Positions 41,319-53,680 of a stretch of DNA of 64,000 bases are shown piece after piece; positions within the stretch are counted from its first letter, which is position 1; each line of letters starts with the position of its first letter. Below the pieces are notes generated by a model. It worked only from the letters and a program-made list of their open reading frames with translations, searched no databases and was not told the origin of the DNA. The DNA lies in NCBI GenBank assembly GCA_012295275.1, contig CM022671.1, positions 16,368,001 through 16,432,000 on the forward strand, read 5' to 3'. Position numbers and translations under genes: made by a program. The DNA comes from Chrysomallon squamiferum. Taxonomy: Eukaryota; Animalia; Mollusca.

Positions 41319-41610
41319 GGGGTACGGAAAAAATGGCACTGGAAAAAAAGATATGGCACCGGAATTAATGGCACTCGGAAAAAATAATGGCACCCGGAAG
41401 AAATGGCACTGTGCAGATTTGGAAAAAATGGCACCTTATTATTATTAATCTTTTTTTTTTTTTTTTTTTTTTTTATTATTTATAGTTGCTTTAAAAAAAA
41501 CCTTAAAAGTACTTTTGCAAAGATAGTTTATTTATGCAATATTATTACATACATGTATATTAATATATAGCATCACTCAGCCAATTGTTTTGCTTAAAAA
41601 TGACAGTATT
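41319..41610 (+). mobile_element. End of a DNA-transposon-like element with six ATGGCAC subterminal motifs
   Basis: GGGGTACGGAAAAAATGGCAC followed by five more ATGGCAC motifs within ~120 bp; the downstream ~200 bp is shared with 22128-22330. Superfamily (Mutator/Foldback-like) is inference. Confidence 0.7.
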
Positions 41611-42153
41611 TTATTATTATTATTAAGAACAAGGAGAAAAAGAGGGAAAGAACAGCAAAATAATGTTTAAGAAGTTCTCAAAGAATAAACAATCCCACGT
41701 ACTAAATGGATTTGTTCTCAACAGTCAAACAGCGCAGTGAAAATTTGATTGTTTTCTGATAAAAATCCCTATTACCAATTGGTCATCACCAAATCCTATT
41801 ACACGAATGTCAAAATGTCTGCTATCTTTTAGATGAAATACACCTCGTAACTTTTTCTTTTTGTCTAGATTCTTCCCTTTATGAAAATTGCTATTGATTT
41901 CGTCTGATAGATCTGTAAACAAATATTTCACACACAGTTTATAAGTTGATTTTCTAATGTCAGTTCTCAATGATTTGTCCTCCTCTAAATTAAAGAAAAA
42001 AGGGAGGGAAAATGAGGAAATAAAAGCAGAACCCGACAAAAAATTAACACTACAAATAAATTTTATCGTGGAATATTGAATTATAAAAATAACGTCTGTA
42101 AAAACGTGTACATTAAAAATATACTCTCTCTCTAACTCAAGTCCAGAGTTGTG

Positions 42154-42157
<4 letters not shown>

Positions 42158-42223
<66 letters not shown>

Positions 42224-42250
42224 TACACACGCGCACACAGTCACACACAC
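42158..42250. repeat. Compound (TA)n(CA)n microsatellite
   Basis: Direct run. Confidence 0.95.
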
Positions 42251-42311
42251 ATTATGAAAATAAACCTTATTAATATACACTGAAGTTGCTAACATTCTTT
42301 TAATATGAATA

Positions 42312-42590
42312 CAGTTTGTGAATCCGTCATCTAAGGAGAAAGCCTGAGACTAGGATCTAAAGCTAAACACAAACTCCATTTATACTTCATGTACTGCTTA
42401 TATATATATGTGTGTGTTTATTAATATTTTTTTAATATAATATTTTTAATAATTTTATACACAAAATGAAGCAATCCGAAAACTGTAAGATATCACTATT
42501 TCTGCTGCTTGGAAAACGCTTAAGATTTTGGAACTTTTCGGGTTTCAGGAATTTCCGATTTCTGAATTTTGGTTAAGGAACGTCAGCCTG
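42312..42590 (-). mobile_element. Tigger/pogo-type MITE, copy 2 (inverted relative to 26348-26651)
   Basis: Starts TA|CAGTTTGTGAATCCGTCATCT and ends TTTTGGTTAAGGAACGTCAGCCTG. Internal GAGAAAGCCTGAGACTAGGATCTAAAGCTAAACACAAACTCCATTTATACTTCA resembles the reverse complement of ~26517-26570. Confidence 0.7.
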
Positions 42591-43192
42591 AATATTAATG
42601 CAAAGTACAAGTGATTTACTTTTAGAATATAGGATCAGTGACGTGTTTAAAGAAGAAATTTAAGATAATAATCAAGTAATACCATCTGAATGAAGCGATC
42701 TATCCACAGCATACACACACACACTAACCCATACACCTTTATCTATGCCTATAATCCAATTTTAAATTTTAAAAAGAACAAAAAGCAACAAAAACATCAA
42801 CAGAAATTTTTTTTGTTTCATAAATATTGAATTTAATGACATATATCGGTAAGAAATTATGTGGAAAATTCAATTCAATTATGAATCAAACAAGGATGCA
42901 TTATCTTTCTACACAAAACTGTTTTACAATTTAACACATTAACAAATGCTTTCCAAAAGGCAGCACTCTACGGGACATTACTCTGTTGTGGAATGACTCC
43001 AAGCGTTCTCTCCCTTGTCAGAGATAACTCGACGAACACTTTTCACTTGTCCACTGAATACTTTAAAGTTTTTGATCCGTTACTGAAACAGTTTGTATAC
43101 ATAACTTGTTCCCTCGAGAAGAGCCAGTGTTAATTATGCTGGTTTTTAGTTATCTGGCCCAAGGAATCTTCTAGATTATATCCTGATTCTGT

Positions 43193-43682
43193 TATACATC
43201 ATATTCGTAAATGAAATTTGTTTTTATTTTTACAAATGGGACCTCCATTTTCTCTGCATCATAACGAAGAAGTAATTTCTTGAGGGAAAGTAATATTAAT
43301 AGTCGTCTGGCCTATGTAGACAGAAATATTACAAATTAAAAAATTAAATTCAAAATTCATCAAGTGAGTTGTATATTATCATTAAAAAGAAAAGTTACTG
43401 GTTTATAAATTGGACCTTCACTTCCTCTACATTACAAGGAATTTTGTGTGTGTGTATGTGTATATATTTATGTATGTTTGTATATACATATACATATATT
43501 TATACATATATCTATAGATAGATAGGTAGATAAGATGGAATGAACAACATTCAATGCTTACGATTTTTACACACGCACAAACACACACACACAAACACAC
43601 ACACATTCCTTGTAATGCAGAGGAAATGAAGGTCCATTTTGTAAAATTAAAAACGAATTTAATTTACGAATACGATGTATAG
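43193..43682. mobile_element. Fold-back/MITE-like element with ~75-bp imperfect terminal inverted repeats
   Basis: 43193-43268 (TATACATCATATTCGTAAATGAAATTTGTTTTTATTTTTACAAATGGGACCTCCATTTTCTCTGCATC) resembles the reverse complement of 43606-43682; a further partial arm lies at ~43405-43450. Confidence 0.75.
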
Positions 43683-46009
43683 AAGAACCGACATTTAAAC
43701 TAAATGATGCCTTGGCCTAATTACCAAATACCAGCGTAATAAATAGTAGCAGGTCTTGAGTATACACGTTATGTTAGCAAACGGTTTCAATAATATATAT
43801 ATTTATATATATATATATTTAAAATAGTATACTTTGAATAGCTATTTTGTTAATATATATATATACTATTTTAATCGGAAACTTATCCAAAGATAGTCTA
43901 GAAATAAACAAGACACAGTGCTTGTCTTTATTGATCTGTTAGAACTACAGTGATGTGAGATTTATCAGACAAATATTTAGTAAAGTTCGGCTGTACTCTG
44001 AGAATAAATAACTCGCATCCACGTTTGATTAAAACGTGCATTCTCTAGTTCTTACGATAAACTGCAATCTCTCGACAATCAATATATACGCTTAATGCGT
44101 CAGACAAGAATTGTGTCCCTTCGTCTTAACGAGCGATAACGAATAACTGGAGACAAGTAAATGAACAATTTGTCAATATTTATTTATAGACGAATCATAT
44201 ACAAATTACCTGAAGCAGATTCACGTAAACACCCGAGATGCAACAGATGCTGAGTAAATACATGGTTGCCACATCTTGCTTCGTAAATAATAATTTTTGC
44301 GTAAATAATCATGATTGTTATTCACTTATGCAAAAAAAAAAAAAAAAATTACAAAAATAATTCTATGAATATTATATGGTTGTCAAGTTTTGTTGTTTGT
44401 TATTAATATATTTCACACTCAGTTTCAGCAAAACATCAAAAAATTGTTATTTATAGGAAGGGATTAGCAAGTAATCTTTTGAGACAAAAAACAACTGTGT
44501 CTGCCAGATTTCTTATCCAAGTGGTCCACCTGGTCACCTCTGGTCTCGGGCTGGGACTGAGATTCCAGAAACACTTGTTCTGGGAGCGACCACGTTTTGT
44601 CAAGTGAAACAGCCTCTGACGATTCCTGCTGGTCTGTGAGTAGACAGTAGTACAGAGAGACACGGCTAGAGCAGAATGTTGTAACAAAACCTAATTGTTT
44701 TGTCACGTGTGTTTGTATGTGCAATTATTTATCTCCGTATGTCTGTGTGTGTTTATTGGTCCGGGCTTTTTTTTTAGTTCTTTTTTTTTGGTTGTTGTTT
44801 CTTTTTTATTTTGCTTGTTTGTTTTTGTGTGTACACACATATCGCACACAGTCATATGTACTAACGCACGCACACAAACACGCACGCACACAGATACTTA
44901 CCCACAAAGACACAGATACATATAGACACAAACACAGAGACACAGGGATACAAAAAAAATAAAAAAATAAAACAAAAAATAGACAAAACTCACAAACACA
45001 GAAACACAAACTTACACACAAATATACAGCATTTAGAATATTATACATGCAAATACTTAAATACATTTGTATGCAAGGATATCCGTATGCAAGTGTGCAT
45101 ATGTAGAGTATGTGTACATATGTCTGTGCTTGTATGTGCATAAGGTTTTCATCTAATGCAACATGCATATGCGAACGAACGTATTCAAACATAGACGCGT
45201 ACATACATGCACACAGACACACATGCAAACACAGATATTTGTACACGTATTTACATACATGCATACGAATAACAGTTCTGTATATTCTGGTACGTTCGTA
45301 CACTTAGATTTATATGTATATAAAAACACACAAACACACACACGCACTCAGAAAAAAGAAAAAAAAAACCCTGAACATTGTGCCAGTTGCAAACCACACT
45401 AAGTACATTCCAGTCTGAATACAAATTAAACAAAAAATTAAACAAATAAGCAAACAAACAAAGTGTTGCGACAAAAACTAATCTGACGCACATGGAAGCA
45501 CTACGATAACAGCACATTTTAAATGTTTTTTCTCAATTTACCAAAACCTTATTTACACAGTGTCCATCCTCTTCAAAGTACTCCCCTTATTTATCTTCTT
45601 CTTATCTGCACGCACGTACGCACAGGTACGCACCTCAGAATGAATAAAAACTATAATCTATGATATGAATAATAAATCTTAACATTGTTATATTAATAAT
45701 TAACAACAGTAGTTTTATACTATCGCCAATACCACTACCATCTCAGCTTTTACCACTACTATTTACTATTACACCTCCACAAAATCTATCAACACTACTG
45801 TTACTGTTGCTGATATTACTGCTATAGCTACTACTACCACCACCATCACCACAACTACCAACTTCTGTTTCTATCACCATCACTACTGCTTTTATAACAA
45901 CAACTAACGTTTACTACACTATAACAATATAATAACATTATAACAACTATTACCACCATTTTTACAAACAAATTTTTACTATTACAACAAATGTTACTAT
46001 TGCTGCTAC

Positions 46010-46365
46010 TATGAGAGAGAAAAACAAATTATTACTATTACGCCGTATGAGAACGACTATTGCTACTATTGCTGCTACTGCTACTACTTCTGCTACTATA
46101 TGAGAAAAACCACAACTACTGCTACAGTTGTATCAGAACGACTATTGCTACTATTGCTGCTACTGCTACTACTTCTGCTACTATATGAGAAAAACCACTT
46201 TGTATCAGAACGACTATTGCTACTACTGCTACTACTGCTGCTACTGTTACTATATGAGAAGAAACAAGTTATTACTTTTACGCTGTATGAGAACGAATAT
46301 TACTACTACTTCTACTACTACTACTATAAGAGAACAACAACAACTACTGCTACTACTATATGAGA
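46010..46365. repeat. Irregular tandem repeat (~70-85 bp) built on (CTA/CTG)n with GAACGACTATTGC and TATATGAGAA anchors
   Basis: GAACGA anchors at 46051, 46136, 46208 and 46291. Confidence 0.85.
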
Positions 46366-46464
46366 TGCATTATTACTATTTCTAATACAAGTACAACTAC
46401 ATGACATTAATCATTACTACTATTCCTATATGAGAATGACTATTATTACTACTACTACTACAAA

Positions 46465-46508
<44 letters not shown>

Positions 46509-46772
46509 AGAAAAAGGAAAAGAAAAAAAAGAGAAGAAAACACACATCAATAAATCATAACGTTGTCCTTCTGCCTCTAGCAGGTCTGCATTCCACCAAG
46601 ACGAAACATCACGATTTGAGAGAGTTCAGGTCGAATAATGTGATTTTTTTTTAAAAACTTTCTCTTTCAGTGTGTCTAATGGAAAGACGTCCTTACACAC
46701 TTCTGAAGAATGTTGGCTTTTGTTTAGTCGAAGTGTTTAATTTCATGTTCTTCTTCATGTAACAAATTGCAG

Positions 46773-46820
46773 AAAAATCGCACGTTGCTGCTAAGCAAAC
46801 AACGAGATATCTCTGGAAAG
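46773..46820 (+). other. Possible 48-nt exon
   Basis: aaattgcag|AAAAATCG...GGAAAG|gtaagg; strong donor, modest acceptor; no partner exon identified. Confidence 0.2.
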
Positions 46821-48482
46821 GTAAGGTCTGGCACTGTTGCAGAGTACTTGGGATATACTCATAGCCAGAACAAACAACGGGAGAGGTTTTGTCGAAGGAC
46901 CGCCAAACAGTCCTGTACGTCAGTCAGAATTTGTTTATGGCAACCTCTCAAGTTCTCTGTCAAACGGAGTGCGAAATAAAACCTTCGTCGTTCTCAGTTA
47001 TTTGATTCAGATCGATCGAATGCACGTGTTTACTATTTTTCTGATTTTTTTTTTTTTTTTTTTTTTAACCCCTTCGCAGCGGATTAGCATCAAATGTTGA
47101 CGTTTACTGCCAAACACCTTTAATGCTGGTCTGCACCACCTCTTTTCTTCTTGGGAATTTGCAGCGATTTGGACGAAATGATAATCTGCGCTGAACTAAA
47201 GACTTAGCATCTGCAGCAGTCCTGTCTGTGTTGATTAATTTTTATGTTGTTCGTTAGGCTGTTTGTATGTGCTGACACGTTTCGAATACGCTAAAAACCT
47301 TGGATAAAGTTTATTTTAAACGTCTGCTTTAGTTTAAACAGTTGCATGATTAGTTTCAAGAGATAATAGAATCTGAGAGGTATTAAAATCGGATTTAATT
47401 TAGGATTAAGATGATCTCAGTTTGATAAACCTCTCATGCATGTGACAGTGTGTTGTGAGAATATAATATCATATAATATCGATGCTAATAATATACCTTA
47501 TAACCTTTGAACTTAGACTTTATTTTTAAATATATTTTATGCATATAAATAAAATTTTGTAAATCTATCATAAAACGTTAAGCATTGATAATCGTTAAAG
47601 TGCATTTCTTTATTTTTAATCAGTTTGGAAAATATTATTAATGTTAATATAAAATAAATATTCCTAATGGACTGCATATTACTGCATTTTAATCTAAGAT
47701 ATTATTGTTTTACTATAGATAGAGACAATTCTAAAACCCGAAAGCCTTTTATTATAAAACAGTGAATTTTGCATCCAGCAACATTATCGTTGTTTGATGA
47801 ATACTACTTGAAACAGAGAACTCTTTGGATTTTCTCAGTCAACAAGTAAATTTGTCGAACTGCAACTTTTATTTTTGTTTTTCAATTGAAATCTAATTTA
47901 ATATTAAATTTTTGCGGAAAAGAAATTGTCATGTGTTTAATTTGAGGACAGATTAAAAAAAATTCTGTTTACGGGACTTAACCTGATGTACTTTTTGCAA
48001 AGTTAATTTCCTTTAAAAAATTATACAGGTTTTTAGTTTTTTTCTTTCATCTTTACCATAACTGTAGTTGAGCCTCAAAGAACAAAGTACTGTTATAAAA
48101 ATAACAACAATAACAACAACAACAACAACTATTGCTATACAAAGTTCTACTGCTACTACTACTGTCACTACTGTCACTGTAACTACTACTATTATTAGTA
48201 CTACTACTACCATTACTATTAGTACAAGTACTGCTACTACTAATGTTGCTATAATGCTGCTATAATAATACTAATAATCATCTTTAAGAATCACTGTATG
48301 TGACGACCGAGGATATAGAAAAAACAAGTTACAACAACAACAAATACTACTACTACTACAACTACAGCTACTACTACTATTTCTGCTACTACTGCTACTA
48401 CTGCCATTACTACAACGGCCACTACATATTACTAAACTGTTAATATTATTATTACTACTGTTATTACTACTGATACTACTAC

Positions 48483-48670
48483 TATTACAACTACTGTTAC
48501 TACTTCTACAATTACTATAACTGATATTAGTGCTACTGATACTGATATTATTACAACTACTGTTACTACTTCTACAATTACTATAACTGATATTAGTGCT
48601 ACTGATACTGATATTATTACAACTACTGTTACTACTTCTACAATTACTATAACTGATATTAGTGCTACTG
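48483..48670. repeat. 66-bp tandem repeat, ~2.9 near-identical copies, within a (CTA)n-like tract
   Basis: TATTACAACTACTGTTACTACTTCTACAATTACTATAACTGATATTAGTGCTACTG starts at 48483, 48549 and 48615. Confidence 0.95.
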
Positions 48671-48680
48671 GTACTAATAG

Positions 48681-49482
48681 GAAAAGTATTACTATTAAGT
48701 ATTGTTTCTACTCGTACCAATTATACGATTACTGGTGCTACTACTACTAACAATATTACCATTACTACATCTGCATATACTACTACTACTACTACTAACA
48801 ACAACAACAATAACAACAGTAAAATCACTGCAGTTGATTACAAAAGCGCACTCCACATTGGAGACGAAAACAGATTCTTATTCAGCTGTGAGTTGATGTA
48901 CTAAACCAAAGCAAGGGCTACATTTAAATAGGGTCACTTTAATCTTTCCCTCAGATGTCTGGGTAGTGGGCCTTTATAGCGTGGTCTAATATCCAGCTAA
49001 CTGAGGTTTATTAATTCATATCATAAAATATAGAGCACTGAGCTATAGACAGCATCCAGAAAACACTGTGTAATTGCAACAGATTTTTTTTTTTAAACTG
49101 TAAAATTTTCATATTATTTTAAATGGTCGAAATATGCTGACCTAATATCCACAATTAGAAGCCACAAATTTTGAGCTTGTCTCGTTTTCCCACGTACACA
49201 TCACAGGTCTGGGAAATCTCTGTAAAACATCGTGTGTCACGTATCTGCAGCAGGGCAGCACCGTGTCCAACAACAGAGAAATCATAGAAAATAAATATTT
49301 CACTTCGACGATCTACTGGGGCCATAAGGAAGTATGCAAAAAACGAAAAGTATTACTGTTAACTGTTGTTTCTACACGTACCACTACTATTAGTATTACT
49401 GCTACTACTAATAATAATATCACCATTACTACATCTGCATATACTACTACAACTACTAACAACAACAATAACAACAATAACA
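48681..49482. repeat. Direct repeat pair of ~135 bp (48681-48818 and 49345-49482) flanking ~525 bp of unique DNA
   Basis: Shared GAAAAGTATTACT.TTAA..TTGTTTCTAC.CGTACCA and ACCATTACTACATCTGCATATACTACTAC. Confidence 0.85.
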
Positions 49483-50562
49483 AAAAACGAACCAGTTATA
49501 CAAAAATTCATTTGGTTTAGAAATTATATCAGTATATCTCTGATTATAACATTTACGGTCATAAAATGCATCATTTTTCGATATTGAGTTATTTTATTAA
49601 TTACAAAAATGAATTGTTTTGTTATACATTATGAATATTTTATCTGTAATCTTAGATTATGTCTGCAGTCAGTATCCAAAGAACAAGAGTCACCTATTAA
49701 GGATTGCCGGATCAGTTATGGTCATTGAAATTCTTTATATTTTTACTTCGCATTCATTATGTTCACGTAAAACAGTTAATTTCAGTTGATTTCATATCAT
49801 TTTACTACAAGCTCATATCTTAAACGTACTAATTATAAAAGCGTAAAACACAAACATAACAAAGAAGATTTAAGTATTTTTTTATATAGTTGAATATATT
49901 GGTGGGAAGGGTCTAGTTATATTTGAACAATAAGATTTATTAAAAACAAACACACGTTGACAACTGTACTGATTTCAGTCAAAACAACAACAAACAAACA
50001 AGTAAAAAAACAAAAAAAACAACAACAAAAAACCAAAAAAACAACAACAACAAAAAAACAATCAAACAAACAGATAAATGAATAAGAATAACTGATGTCA
50101 GTTCTTAAAATTTTTTTTTTTTTTTTCTGATATTTATAAATCTATTTCTGTAAAATGCTGACACTTATTTCAGTTTTACACCAAAAACGTCAGCATCTCT
50201 GACTGCTGTTTGTTGTTGTTGTTGTGATAAATGGTATTACACCACAACAGAATGAGCCACGAGTACGTGAAGTGACGTGTGGATGCGTGAAGAATCCAGG
50301 GATTGTTCCCATCTGAGTGTGTTGATGAAAGAACAGAACTCCGAGAAAAAGAACACATATATTAAACCAACACCTAAACTATGTATAAAACCAGACGATC
50401 TCAAAGCGGTTCTTCTTAAACCATTTCTGTTTCGTTCAACCTTGAGACGTCATCACACCATTTCATTCACTCACGACAAATTTTTATTTTTAGTTTTTTT
50501 AGGTAATGTTTCGTCATGTCCTCCCTTGTGTGTATTTTTATAAATAATTCATTTTGTCACGA

Positions 50563-50595
<33 letters not shown>

Positions 50596-51966
50596 AATAA
50601 ATAAATAAAATAAAATAAAATAAAATAAAAATATAAAGAAAGAAAAGAAAAGAAATATAAGTAAAAAATAAAGAACACTTATAAAATAACATATTTATTA
50701 AACGTTTATTTTATTCAAATTTTGGGACATTTAAAATTTATGTAAACATAATTAAGAGTGACAAATAAAAATTAAAAAAATATTAGCATTTTTCTAATTT
50801 AGATAAAGGTAGTAAACAAAAGTTTAGAATTAACTTTTTACAAATAACTTATATTAACTGTTTAAAGTATGGGCTAAAAATATGCATCTGAGTAAATTAC
50901 GTTACGTATTAATATTTCATTCACCCAACGGTTTTATTCACCACAAAATAATTTCATTCATATTTGTGTGAACCATTCATTAGTTTTATAATCACTGAAT
51001 TAGATAATGGATTATGATGACAGACAAAATTAGAACTTGCTGATATTATCTACATAAAGTACTACTACTACTATTACCACTACCATCATCACCACTACCA
51101 CTACTACTACTAAGAGAGAGAGAGAGAGAGAGAACGACAATGACACCAATAAAAAAAATAATTATAATAAATAAATAAATTAATAAACAAAATAATAAAA
51201 TACCCGACTTTAGTATTAGCCATGGGATATTTTGGTTAATGGAGGCAAAGGAGAGTATTTGCCCGAAATATTACACAGATTAAAAACACAAAGTACCAAT
51301 TTCTTCTTGCGCTCTTTACCTCACTATTTTGCCAGAATTTGGGAGTGCAGTTCCCTCCCCATCCGTCCCCAGAGTCATTCTCCCGTGATATTGGCTTGAC
51401 ACTAGTATACGTAATTTCCAACATTACTATTTGGTTTGACTGACAACCACGATCGTGTACGACACACTTGTTTTACATATTTCAAAACAGCGAAGTATTA
51501 AATATGACGATGAACTGCATAATTCCAGTAAAGATTACTGATATTTACAAACTGCCCACTTCTACATACTGTAACGTAACTTAACAATTTAAAAAAAATA
51601 AATAAAAATTCTGACCAGAGTGATAGAATTATACAAATTATTCAAATTCAGTCCAAAATTGATTTCTAAAAACAAGAACAAAATGTATAGTAAGGAGTTA
51701 AAATTTTTTTTTTTTTTTTTTTTAAAAGTGTTTGTGATAACTTTTATGTATTGTAGCCATTATATATATACATTATTTAAACTTCTTGTTTTGTTTTTAT
51801 ATAATTTTGTGATAACTATATTTTATACCGTTTTAATTAAAATTATAAACCGATTTATTAGCTAATTAATATATTTACTTTTTTCTCATAACAGTTAAAA
51901 GCTATGTACTTTCGTACAATTTATGATTCATATCCTCCCTTGCATAAATAACTTTATTCATTTTAA

Positions 51967-52930
51967 ACTAGATCCTCCATTTACATTAACTAGATCCTCC
52001 ATTGCACACATAACTAGATCCTCCCTTGTTCACATAACTAGATCCTCCCTTGTTCACATAACTAGATCCTCCCTTGTTCACATAACTAGATCCTCCCTTG
52101 CATACATAACTAGATCCTCCCTTGTTCACATAACTAGATCCTCCCTTGCATACATAACTAGATCCTCCCTTGCATACATAACTAGATCCTCCCTTGCATA
52201 CATAACTAGATCCTCCCTTGTTCACATAACTAGATCCTCCCTTGTATACATAACTAGATCCTCCCTTGCATACATAACTAGATCCTCCCTTGTTCACATA
52301 ACTAGATCCTCCCTTGTATACATAACTAGATCCTCCCTTGTTCACATAACTAGATCCTCCCTTGTATACATAACTAGATCCTCCCTTGTTCCATAACTAG
52401 ATCCTCCCTTGTATACATAACTAGATCCTCCCTTGTACACATAACTAGATCCTCCCTTGTACACATAACTAGATCGTCCCTTGTACACATAACTAGATCG
52501 TCCCTTGTTCACATAACTAGATACTCCCTTGCATACATAACTAGATCCTCCCTACACACATAACTAGATCCTCCCTACACACATAACTAGATCCTCCCTA
52601 CATACATAACTAGATCCTCCCTACACACATAACTAGATCCTCTCTTGCACACATAACTAGATCCTCCCTTGTATACATAACTAGATCCTCCCTTGCACAC
52701 ATAACTAGGTCCTCCCTTGTATACATAACTAGATCCTCCCTTGTATTCATAACTAGATCCTCCCTTGTTCACATAACTAGATCCTCCCTTGTATACATAT
52801 CTAGGTCCTCCCTTGTTCACAAAACTAGATCCTCCCTTGTATACATAACTAGATCCTCCCTTGTATACATAACTAGATCCTCCCTTGTTCACAAAACTAG
52901 ATCCTCCATTGCACACATAACTAGATCCTC
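51967..52930. repeat. 24-bp minisatellite, ~40 units, consensus ACTAGATCCTCCCTTG[NNNN]CATA
   Basis: Head-to-tail units with a variable tetramer (TTCA/CATA/TATA/TACA/CACA), a few 23-bp units, and no unique spacers. Confidence 0.97.
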
Positions 52931-53344
52931 ATCTACAATAGATTCAACTTCATGCATTTAAAAATGATCTAAACCTTCGTTTTACTTTTATAATTAAGGC
53001 TTTAAGATAAAAACATATTGCAAAATCTTTAACGATTTAATGACATGAAAAAGTTGTTTTAAATTAATAATTAAAAAATAAAAATAAGTAAATAAATAAA
53101 AATAATAATAAATAAAATTATATATATAATAAAAAGAAAAAAAAAAAAAAAAAAAAAAAAAAAATGAAGAAAGAAAAGAAACCTATTTTATGTGGAAACT
53201 TGATAAACAACGTATGTCGACATCAGTATTAGGATTGAGTTTAGTTAATTGTGTAAACTAGTAAGTAACGAATAAATATAAAGATTTCTAATGTTTTTAT
53301 CTTCATGTGTTTGATGTTGACTGTCTTTGTGGGTGCGTTTTGCT

Positions 53345-53680
53345 TTACAGATTTCTTTTATTTATTTTCCTTTTATTTCTCTTTGATATTTTCGTTCTTT
53401 TCAAAAATAAATTTATATATCTTCATACCTTTCTTTATCATTTTTACTTTCGTAATACTTATATTTCTATTATTGTCCTTTTTGAAAATAAGTTTATGTT
53501 CGTAATGTTTTTATTTATTATAGTTATTTTCGTTCATTTAAAAATTAAATTTATATTTCGTAATACTTTTATTTGTTATTGTTATCTTCGTTATTTTCAA
53601 AAATAGTTTATATGTTCACTTTTTAATTTATTGTTATTTTTTCTTTCTTTTCAAAAATAAATTTATTTCATAATACTGTT
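53345..53680. repeat. Degenerate AT-rich tandem repeat (TTCGTT..TTCAAAAATAA.TTTAT / TTTCGTAATACTT)
   Basis: These motifs recur about five times at irregular spacing. Confidence 0.7.

Noticed and set aside
41332-41352. AATGGCACTGGAA resembling the 5' end of miR-263/miR-183-family microRNAs
   Set aside because: No complementary arm for a pre-miRNA hairpin; it is one of six motif copies in a dispersed repeat.
44695-45517. Cluster of overlapping ORFs on both strands
   Set aside because: CA/TG-rich low complexity lacking stops; peptides are HT/CV repeats.
48013-48904. Thr-rich and Ser/Asn-rich mucin-like ORFs
   Set aside because: Translations of degenerate (CTA)n tracts and the 66-bp repeat, with no splice or start context.
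51923-52396. 157-aa ORF (ITRSSLVH)n
   Set aside because: Product of the 24-bp periodicity; it ends at a 23-bp unit and has no gene context.
51967-52930. CRISPR-like array
   Set aside because: Units are contiguous with only a low-diversity 4-nt variable slot. There are no unique spacers and no cas genes, and the context is eukaryotic.
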